From Nemertoderma westbladi (lineage: Eukaryota; Animalia; Xenacoelomorpha): DNA of 46,936 bases. The translations under genes and the position numbers were made by a program. The notes beneath the pieces are model-generated. The model did no database searches, had not been told where the DNA came from, and was given only the letters and a program-made list of their open reading frames with translations. Positions 12,741 through 22,329 of this stretch are shown piece by piece. Position 1 is the first letter of the stretch. Each line of letters starts with the position of its first letter. Location of the stretch: contig JAUCBJ010000804.1 in NCBI GenBank assembly GCA_032718475.1, forward strand, positions 1 to 46,936. Reading direction: 5' to 3'.

Positions 12741-15700
12741 CTATTTACTAACATTAGTTGGAGACTTGTAATCTCCAGACTTGTTTCGCGTCTCTTCAAG
12801 AAGTACGAGACGTTGAGTCGGTCTGTCTACTGTACAACCGTGAATTGTCCGTACCGTCACGGTTCTTGTCACTCCATCCATAGATGGATGTGTGTCTAAA
12901 ATTACACCTGTTATCCAGAAGCGTCTTTTTAGATTCACTTCTGCTAACAGCACATGATCTCCCGCTCTTAAAGCGCGAGTTTTGTTGTACCAAGCAGTTC
13001 TGGCAGAAATAGAGGGCAAATAATGGTTTTGCCATATTTCCCAGAATTTGTTAGCCAGTAGTTGCGTGATTTTCCACGCTTTTCTACCGTAGCTATCGCT
13101 TTCTGTTGGAATCGAAATAGGCATTAATGTAGTCGGTGCCTGCATTAGCAGGTGTGCAGGTGTTAAAGCAAACTGGGATTGTTTGTCATCGGGTACTAAT
13201 ACTATTGGTCTAGTATTTAGTACTGCCTCTATTTCAACAAACAATGTTGTCAGTTGGTCGTCTGTCAAAATGTGGTTTACTGGAATTACTTTCGCCATGG
13301 CTGTTTTTATAGATCTAATCAATCTCTCCCAGACTCCGCCTCTCCATGGACTATCTGGAGGATTAAACTTCCAAACAATCTTGTAAGGATGTAGTTTGTT
13401 TGAGATTTGATCATGATCTAATTTCTTAAAGGCTCTAGCAATTTCATTTCGAGCACCAACAAAGTTTGTACCTTGGTCTGAGTACAAGCATTTTACTAGT
13501 CCGCGTCTAGCGATAAATCGCCGCAATGCTAGTATAAAGGCGTTGGTGGAAAGATCCATCACACGTTCTATATGAACTGCCCTACTGGACATGCATGTGA
13601 AAATCAGTCCCCAGCGTTTTACTAGTATACGTCCACGTTTCATATGTATGGGACCAAAGCAGTCAATTCCAGTCTGTGTGAAAGGTGGTCTGAATGCCTG
13701 TAGTCGTGCTTGTGGAAGTTCACTCATTTCTTGGGTACTTATTCTAGAATGTACCTTCTTACAAATAATACACATACGTGTCACTGAACTTAGCGCTTTA
13801 CTGGGTCTAATTAATACAAATCTTGTACGTAAGTAGGAAAGACAGTGGTGTCTTCCAGCGTGTTTCAGATGTAAATGTGCGTCCAGTATCATTGCACGTT
13901 GTAATTCGTGATGTTGCGGTATTATTATCGGGTATCTAAACTCAGTATTAAAGTCAATGTTTTGAAGTCGAGATTTATGACAAATTAAGCCATTATAAAT
14001 TATCGGACTCCAACTCAATATTGGTGACGACTTAATTGGTTGACCTTGACTTATGGATGTGAATTCGCGTGCGAAATATCGCAATTGGTAATGGCGAATT
14101 AATTTAATTTCACATCTGTCAATCTCAGTCAATGTAAGTCGACGTGTAAAGTCGCGTTTGCCTTTAACGTATTGTACAAAACGTACAATCCATGCTAATT
14201 TTCGGCACGCATTTGTCCAAGAATCTGTCAAATTTACAATACGGTCGACGTAAGTATTTATGACGTCATCAGATAAGTCAATGGAGAATTTGGAAGGTTT
14301 TGATTTACTAGATGGGCCCAGGAGTCCGCCGGTAAGTATTCCCTTGTTGACTGTTGATCCGTCCGGGTCTACAAGTAATTTGTCCTTCTTCGTCTTCTTA
14401 CCTTGATTGTCAGTACTTTGTGTGTCGATTCCTAATGGTGGTTTAAATTCTATGGGATCACTGGGTTTCGGTAAATTTATTTTACTGCCGATATTAATCC
14501 CAGGTCTCACCATAGGTTGTAAGTTTGGTATGTCTCTTGAGCGTAAAGTAACACCTGTATTTACATTTGCGTAGGTACTACCCACATCTGTCATACATGA
14601 GGTTTCACTGTACTTATGGTTACTCAAGGGTGTCAAGTTTGGTAGTTTGTCAATAGAAGGCCACTCCAATAGGGAAACTGCGGCTTTACTATGTGTTAGT
14701 ATGTTACTAATGTCTGGTTGAACATCTTGTGGAATGTCTGGTAAAATGTTTCGCGGAACATCCGGCGAAACATCTAGTGACATGTCTGGCAAAATGTCCA
14801 GTTGACCGTCTGGTAACGTGTCTGGTTTAGCGTCTGGTAACGTGTCTAGTTGACCGTCTGGCGATACGTCTGGTAACATGTCTGGTTGACCGTCTGGCGA
14901 TACGTCTGGTTGAGAAAGGCTCGCAAGTCTTCCTGCCTTAATTTTGTGAGTTATATTCTTCCATTTCGCCTTTGGTTTCTTCTTAAGTTTCGCCGTTGTC
15001 TTTTTCTTTGCTTTACCTTTCTTTGGTTTTTTAATTTCGGCGTCCTTAGGAATAGTATTAGACTTGTTATCGTATAGTGGCGGCCAATGTTGTGTTGCTC
15101 TTTGTAAGAATTGTGGTCCGTGATGCCAAAATTCCTTGTTTTCCGGTTTACAGAATTCCTCAGGCAACATTCCTCGCGACGCAATATCAGCTGGATTTTG
15201 TGGTCCGGGACAATGTCGCCAATCTTCCTTTATTGAACGGTCTAGAATTTCTGCGCGACGGTTGTCTACAAATGTCTTAAATTCAAGTGTGTCGTTGTTT
15301 ATATAAAATAAAACTAACGTCGCGTCAGTCCAATAAAATATCTGTAAACTTGACTGTAGTTCAGTCTGTATAAGGTTTACAATTGTCGTTGACAGAGTTG
15401 CGACTTGTAGCTCAGCGCGTGGTGTCGTCATATACTTAGTAGGCATGGTCTTAGCCTTAGAAGTAATGAGCGAAACATCAAACTCGTCTGAGTCTACTTG
15501 TCTGCGCAGGTATGCTGTCACTCCAAAGCCGTTGTCACTGGCGTCGGAAAAACAATGTAATTCTAAGTTGTCAGGAAATGTCGTCTGTAATGGAAAGTAC
15601 ACCCGGGGTATGGAATAATCCTCTAGCGAAGATAATTGCGCCTCCCAAGTCTTCCATAAGTCCACTTGTTCGGATGAGATCGGTTCGTCCCATGTCAGTC

Positions 15701-16637
15701 CATCCTTCCAAATACTGCGCATATATATTCTTGCCTGCAGTATTATTGGGCTGATGAAACCTAAGGGGTCGAACAGTCTACTTAGTTTCGACAATCAATT
15801 CCTCTTTGTCAGAGAATCCCCTTGAGCGTCCAGTCTTACTTTCACTCGAAAGTTGTCTGTGTTCGGGTCCCAAAATAGTCCCAACACCTTTGTCGTCGGT
15901 AGTGGTTCGAATTCCAAGTCAATGTCACCACCCCCACGTTCAGTCGTTTCGAATGAATTTACTAATTCGGCACTGTTTGAGGCAAACTTGGTGATATTAA
16001 AACCTCCGCCTGCTAAACAGTCCCGTAATTGATGTGCTACTGTTATAGCACGTTCTACTGTGTCACAACTTTGTAATCCATCGTCCACATAAAAATCTCG
16101 TTCTACGATCTGGATTACCTCTGGGTCATATTTATGTTTCTGATCCCTAGTGGTTTGCTTTAGGGCGTACATAGTGCAGTTTGGGCTGTCCCTGGCACCG
16201 AATACGCGAACTTGGATTTGGTAAGTCGCCGGTGGTTGACTTAAGTCTCCATCCGGGTACCAGAGGAACCTCAAACTGTCTCTGTCTCGCTCTAACGCTC
16301 GCACTTGGTGAAACATGGCTTCAACGTCGCAAGTAAATGCTACTTGGCTCTGACGGAAGCGCATAATCACCCCCATGAGATAATTATTCATGTTTGGTCC
16401 ATCCATCAACTCACTATTGAGAGACATTCCCTCAAACAGAGCCGCACAGTCATTAACCACACGTACTTTATCAGGTTTGTCGGGGTGTCTCACGTAGTGA
16501 TGTGGCAAGTAGTATGTCTGGTCTGTCACAATCTCTGGGTTTGTCATCCTGATAGCGTATCCTTTTGTCAAATACATCTCCAACTGTGTATTATACTGCA
16601 GATGGGCTTTCTCGTCCTTTAATAAACGTCCTTTAAT
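12741..16637 (-). pseudogene. pol: BEL/Pao pol: RT, Pao RNase H/peptidase-A17 region, integrase; one in-frame stop at 15795-15797
   Basis: YYLPHH, KVRVVNDCAA, DVEAMFHQV, FGARDSP, FYVDD, FDPLGF, HCFSDAS, PRAEL, YWTD, NPADIASRG, GIDCFGP, SDQGTNFVGA, PWRGGVWERLI, LNTRP. Confidence 0.96.
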
Positions 16638-16677
16638 AATAATTTCCATTTGCTCAGTTTGTCAGTTATAAAAAACA

Positions 16678-16738
16678 GGCGACTACCGCTCGAACCGGGT
16701 TGACTCGTCGCCGCTAGTTCCCGGTGTTGTCGTTTCCC
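16678..16738 (-). promoter_or_regulatory. Gag-pol -1 ribosomal frameshift signal (G GGA AAC plus predicted H-type pseudoknot)
   Basis: Slippery heptamer 16738-16732, 6-nt spacer, stem 1 ACCGGG/CCCGGT, stem 2 GGCGAC/GTCGCC; -1 frame reads LAATSQ...RLFFITDK...KWKLL. Confidence 0.85.
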
Positions 16739-17544
16739 GACCAGGAACATGGCGGGGTGCACTTCTGCGCTTGATCTCCAAAATGGTCATGATACCAACA
16801 AAGTCTGTCTTTAGTTGAGGAATCATATCCGCTCGTACTGGTTGCGTAGTCGGAACGTGATTTACTCCGGGCTCGTTTCGGTTGGTCGCGTCGACTGGAA
16901 CTTCTACCACGATCGTGTCCCTTTAGAAGAGAGGCTACCTGTCATTGAAGTTTAACAATCTCTCCTCGAAGATCCTCCACAGCACTATTTTTATCGGAAG
17001 AAACATGTGAAATGGTCGGAACTGAAACCTCCATCATCTTGTCGGACAACGAAGCGACCTCATCCAAACTGGCAGTGGAAGTCGCCAGGACGACTTGTAC
17101 GTTTGTAGGTAAACGTTGTAAGAATAGCGTGCGGAGTACAGAGTCATCCATAGTAGCCGAACCCAATAACTGTTGCATCCGTCGTAAAAGTTGAGATGGT
17201 TTCCTGTCCCCCGGTTCTTCCATAGTAAGGAGCTGCTGGATTCGGCGTTGCTCAGATGCCGATAAACGGGAAACCAAGTTTGTGCGGAGAGTGTCGTACG
17301 GGTTTGTTTGAGGCGGGTTGAGGATGAGGTCGCGGACTTCAGCCGCTGTGTTTGGCTCGAAGGAGGTGATAACATAGTTAAACTTTGTTTGTTGGGCCGT
17401 TATTCCGCGATTGGAAAATTGAGCATCTACTTGTGCGAACCAGAGTTGAGGATCGCTCGGCCAGAATGGCGGAAGTTTCAGACTAACAGCCAAAATAGTG
17501 GGTTGATTTTGAGATGGATTACCACTGGATGCGTTGTCGTCCAT
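16714..17544 (-). pseudogene. gag: Gypsy (CsRN1-like) gag with CHCC motif; premature TGA at 16942-16944
   Basis: KLPPFWPSDPQLWFAQV, GDRKPSQLLRRMQQL, LFLQRLP; C-terminal CWYHDHFGDQAQKCTPPC. Confidence 0.93.
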
Positions 17545-17558
17545 CGTCTGGGTCACCA
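17545..17558 (-). promoter_or_regulatory. Gypsy PBS complementary to tRNA-Trp 3' end
   Basis: CAACA-T-TGGTGACCCAGACG immediately before gag ATG. Confidence 0.85.
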
Positions 17559-17559
17559 A

Positions 17560-17851
17560 TGTTGGATATAAGATACAAATAGTATAAATAACAAATATAT
17601 CATAAATCAGAATATATAATGTATATTTTGTTAGTGCAATCAAAATGAGATATAGGTACCGGTAGTACAACCATAGAAAGTATGATCTCAGGCTGTTATG
17701 TAGGCCTACTACTGTAGTACAAGAACTACAAAGTAAAGTTGCACTGTAAGTCAGTAAACCGTACTGTATGCAATTAATAGTTAGTAAGTTATACCCAGGC
17801 TACGCGTATGTTGAAGGAAAATGAAAGTTCTTAATAGAGTGGGTCCCTACA
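17560..17851 (-). repeat. Gypsy 5' LTR (~292 bp, TGTAG...CAACA)
   Basis: Ends CAACA next to PBS; TGTAG start at 17851 coincides with switch to the interrupted exonuclease ORF; second LTR is outside the window. Confidence 0.7.
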
Positions 17852-17853
17852 GT

Positions 17854-19480
17854 ATGCACAGAGCAGAGCGTGTTGATGCCAGGATGTTACCCAAGAAAGT
17901 TAGAGAGGCAATTCTCAACCAGGATTACGTCAAGGTGGGATCGGGAGTCCAGAGTGATTTGGAGAGCGACTTCAACGCCATGACGGATTTGGAGGATTGA
18001 TTGCCGAGACCGTTTGTCGACACCAAGCTATTGTTGCTATGGGCACAGGATATTGGAATTTATAGAGAGTACCCAAACTCTGCTAAGACTGGTATGGGCT
18101 TTATAGCGCATTTGTTGTACAATTGGGACTTCAAGTTGAAGACGCAAAATAAATACGAGGAGGCGTATGGTGAATATAACACGCCGCCGGGAGCGGAGTT
18201 CAAATCCCACTTTAAGCGGCAAGCGTTAGTGTATTGGAACATCTGCGCGCCACCCCGTGCGTCGCTGCAATATTATTTGGTGCTGGAGTCGAGCACGGTA
18301 ACTTGTTTAGTCGCGGATATCGTTGCGCGAGTTCTGAAGCATCATCCATTGGTGTTCGGAGGAGATCAATACGTTCGCTCGAAGGGAGGAATTCAATCCG
18401 ACGTGATGAAGCGTTTCTTAACCCCGTTCTTCAACCAATTGCTAGAAAACACATCGATGGTTAGGAGAGGATTAGCGATATTCGAAGGAATATATGGACA
18501 GAACATCGGAGATTTGGAAGACCGACCGTCGATGGAGTATCCGACGCCAGATGCCTTGGAGAAGTGGTACGGGAATCAAACCTGCGGGTTTGGTACTCCT
18601 GTCCACTTGGAGGCGGACCCATTAGAGAGGGTTGGCCGAAGACGTTAGTGGAGGTGTTCGGAGTGAATCTCCCGGTGGAGTAGACATATCCGAAACGAAC
18701 GCGGGAGGAAATATTGGAGATAGAGGACAAAGGCGAGGATGTTTACTTTGTTCCGGATCGACAACCTCTGACCAGAGAGGACAACATCGTTTTAGACATT
18801 GGGAAGGAAGGGAGTGCGAAGCCAATTGGAGACCTCATATACGAGAGGGCCTGGTTTCCACAAGCACGTAGATGCAAGTTGTGCGGCAGCACAAGGCATA
18901 GTCAAAAGTCATGCGACACTGTAGTAGAGGCGGCGCATAAAGTTTGCCGTTGGTGCAACGAGACTGACCACTCATTCCATACGTGCACCGTCTTCATTTC
19001 TCAGTGCGGATATTGTGGAGTCAAGGGACATCGTAGTTCGAAATGTCAACTGCGTGATGATTCTTTCCAAAACCATAGCGCCAACCTCCTTCGGGAGATG
19101 TTAGACAAGTGGGAGGGTGTGGCTGACTACCACATCCAGGCGCAAATGCGGTGGTTGCCGTTTAAAGCAGGATACGGGTTCTGGGCGGTAGATCCATCAC
19201 ACGTCGCATACGAACCGTATTTACAATCCCTACCGCAATATCAGGAGCTAATTTTAACCACACAAGACCTTCCGCAGAATACAGGAGTTATCGTTGTCAG
19301 ATCATACTTTAGATAGTTGAACATGGACAACAAGTATACTTGGAATTTTGTTGCTATTTGCGACTGGATAACCAAAGTGTGTTTTCGGAAACGAGAAAGG
19401 TGGTGCGCGCGCGAGGAGATTGGAGGATGGCGGCTATACAATACCGCAACGAATTTCTGTTGACTCACGTACTGGTGGGG
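17854..19480 (+). pseudogene. DEDDy-type 3'-5' exonuclease-like domain (WRN/EXD2/MUT-7 type) fused to three CCHC zinc knuckles; N-terminus cut off; stops/frameshifts
   Basis: MLPKKVREAILNQDYVKVGSGVQSDLESDF...PFVDT...YWNICAPPRASLQYYLVLE; CKLCGSTRHSQKSC, CRWCNETDHSFHTC, CGYCGVKGHRSSKC. Confidence 0.7.
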
Positions 19481-20405
19481 TCATTGACGCTGAACGGGTG
19501 GAGGAGCATAGGACCGCGGCGCCCACAGCGACAATCGCCGGAGCTCACAGCTCGCGGCAAGTACCAGAAGCAGGAGTCCTAGACAAGTAACAAGTCAAGG
19601 ACGAGCATTATCACTCGATTATTGATGCTCAACGTCTGCAGCGGAGGGCACAGGGTGCGTCTGAAAAGGCGCGCGTGCAACTGCAGAAAGAGGAGTTGGC
19701 GGAGGCGACCACGGGAACACAGCAAATGGGACGAGGCCGAGGGAGGAGTACCAGCCGGGAGACAGCCGGGGCCCAGGGAACACCGTCGCCAGTTCCGGGA
19801 AGTGACGCCTCACGGACGCCGTCAACTGAGTCCACAGGAGGAAGACTGGTGTATCTGGGGAGGGGGCGAAAAAGGGGAGCGAGCCCGAAGAACCCAGGAG
19901 CGAGCCGATAATATGATAGTATCACGGAGCGGCAGACTCTAGACATATACATCATTGTAGCTCTGATGTATATCGTAGGTTTTAATAAAATGATCGACTA
20001 GACTCATATACACTAGTCGTATTCATATTTTAGAGTTTTATATTATGAGAGAGGCGAAGGAGGTGACTGGGGAGACAAACCTGCGGGTTTGGCTTACTCC
20101 TTTTACCTGCCCTAGCCAGGTTTTTTATTATTAAGTAGACCGTCAATTTGTAATAATGAAAGAATAATATTTTGTAAATTTAATTTGTATGTAGTAATCG
20201 TTATGCAGTGAGAAAGCAATATTTTTGTAAATTTAATTTGTATGTAAAACCATTATGCAATATCTATGGCAATATTTGTAAATATTAGAACTATTATAGT
20301 ACCAAGTTATTAGATTATTTGAAAGTAAATTTTATTTTGTTTGTTTACATCGCCCTATATTCTTCTACAATTGGAGGGAAACATTGCTTGTTTCCCTTGG
20401 AGCGG

Positions 20406-22016
20406 TGTTGCGATATATGGCGCTGTATACTATTATCAGCCCATTATACAGTATATAGATATTTAGATAAGACGTAATGACATGCAACCATAGTTAGATA
20501 AGGAAAATAAAATATCCATATTTGTAAATCTTATCCATTTTGTATAGTATGTAGCCCTACGTATGTAATTTTGTAATAAAATATAAATAAATAGCATTTA
20601 CGGTAGCAAGTTTCCTATAAAAACCTTGATGCAAGCTTGCTGTTATTGGTATTAATCGGATTAATCGTGTATTTGCATTAATTTCCGTTATATTTGCTTT
20701 TAAATTGGCGCTAAATTAGATTGTACGTACTGTGCTTTAATATCGCGAAATTAAGTAATGCAACCATTACCATATATGGTAATAATTTGTGATTCTGGGA
20801 GCCATTAGGTTCACAATCCGGCTTCCTTATTGGCCTAGCTGTTCCAGGTTGGTCTAATGGGAGCGCGGATTGGGGAACCAATGAGAGGATTATTGCATCA
20901 TCCTTGATGAATCACCTATAAATTGGCTGTATTTCCTCAATCTGTATTCCCAATCTAATCTAATTGGAATCGTAATCTCAGTCATCTCTGTTTTGGACCC
21001 TGTATTTTGTTTTCTTGCAATAATTCGTAATTATTTATAATTTCTGCCTTAAATTCTTTGCTGTGTTTCCTTAATTAATGATGGTTACTGCAAATTACAA
21101 CTTCGAAATATGATTTCTACCCTTTGATTAATAGTTCTATGTGATTTAAGATGCGATAATCCCACGGGATTTTCTTTAGACTGCCAGACTGTTTGTGAAT
21201 GCATGCGCTGCTACGGTAGCTATTCGTTCTAATAGAGGGCTAAGGTACTGGTAGGCGCGGCGGGCGCACCGGTGGGTAGCGACGAAGGGAGTGTGGAGGA
21301 TTCAAAAACGGGCAACGCTGGCAGGGGGTCACCGTTGCGGCCGGGAGTTAGTCAGTTGAGACGGGAGACCGGTAGCCGGTACAGTAATAGGGGGCTGACG
21401 ATCCAGATTTTGTCTCTATTTGTAGTGTTAGGGGGCAGGACTTGGGTTAGTTAGGAAGCCTATATTGTAGCCGGGAGAGGCCTTTATGTCTTACACTGCT
21501 AATCGCTAATTGTTAACTAGAGTAAATTGTAAGTTGTCAATTGCATACTATACGGTATACTGATACGCTACTGTGTGGTTTTAGTGCGCTAGCTGACTGG
21601 TAGTCAACGCAGTACCTTATTACTAGCTGATTGCTACGCTGATTTGTGTGTTGCTAAGTGTGCCTGATTCTTGATTGTGAATGCTTGGATAGGCACCTTT
21701 TCCCTTGATTGATTTCTATTTCTTAGTTTACGATAAATAATTGCTGATTAGGTCAAAATAATACAGTATTTAGGCTGTTGCTAGTGTAACCCGGTACGTA
21801 ATAAATCAGAATTGCGTATTCTGGAACACTTAGTAATTAGTACGCTGTTTCATATTTATGACTGTAATTAATTTGTGTTAAATTAAGAATCTGTACGCAG
21901 CATAGCGGAGAGTAAGTAATTATTTGGAATACTGTAAACTATTCACGCTGGGCGGTTATTTGAAAATAGCGAGCAACGAGAGAAAGCCGCCCCAATATTA
22001 GATTATTACAACAACA
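20406..22016 (+). repeat. Putative 3' LTR (~1.6 kb) of element 2
   Basis: TGTTG/CAACA inverted ends, PPT upstream, CCAAT (20878) and TATAAA (20917). Confidence 0.65.
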
Positions 22017-22329
22017 TATCCATTGGGTAAGAAAGTGGAGGAGATCCAGCCCGTCTCTTAATTTTTTACTTTATATTACGCGATCAATTTTCACTCATCT
22101 CGTCATGAACCCAACATGTATGTAACCTTTTGTTAAATTTGTTGGCTATGCGTTTGCGGTTGTTTGGGCGGAGTGTGGTAGGCCTACACTTTTCACACTT
22201 AAATATTTTGGTTGTGAAATGTTACAGGGCATAGCTATCTGAGATATTTCATTTATATTTTATTATGAGAGGAAGAAGAACATACAACGTTATTTACTAT
22301 ATATGTAACAAAATAATTGTTTTCGGGTT

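Larger units (their letters stand above)
2353..16637 (-). mobile_element. BEL/Pao LTR retrotransposon, circularly permuted with one central LTR, inserted in the Gypsy protease region
   Basis: Minus-strand order RT-RH-IN (16637-12741), extra ORF, PPT, LTR (9996-8093), leader, gag, PR; the two ends rejoin in frame as NNYPLALRRLNSI|KGRLLKD. Confidence 0.9.
17852..22016 (+). mobile_element. 3' part of a second LTR retrotransposon (probably BEL/Pao-related): cargo ORF, 3' UTR, PPT, 3' LTR; interrupted by the Gypsy insertion
   Basis: PPT-like TGGAGCGG (20398-20405) identical to that of the BEL element, followed by TGTTG...CAACA. Confidence 0.7.

Noticed and set aside
15795-16649. ATG at 16649 as a genuine RT start
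   Set aside because: MEI derives from out-of-frame Gypsy sequence at the junction
16942-17670. Hydrophobic N-terminal extension on Gypsy Gag
   Set aside because: Translation of LTR and PBS; real start is the ATG at 17544
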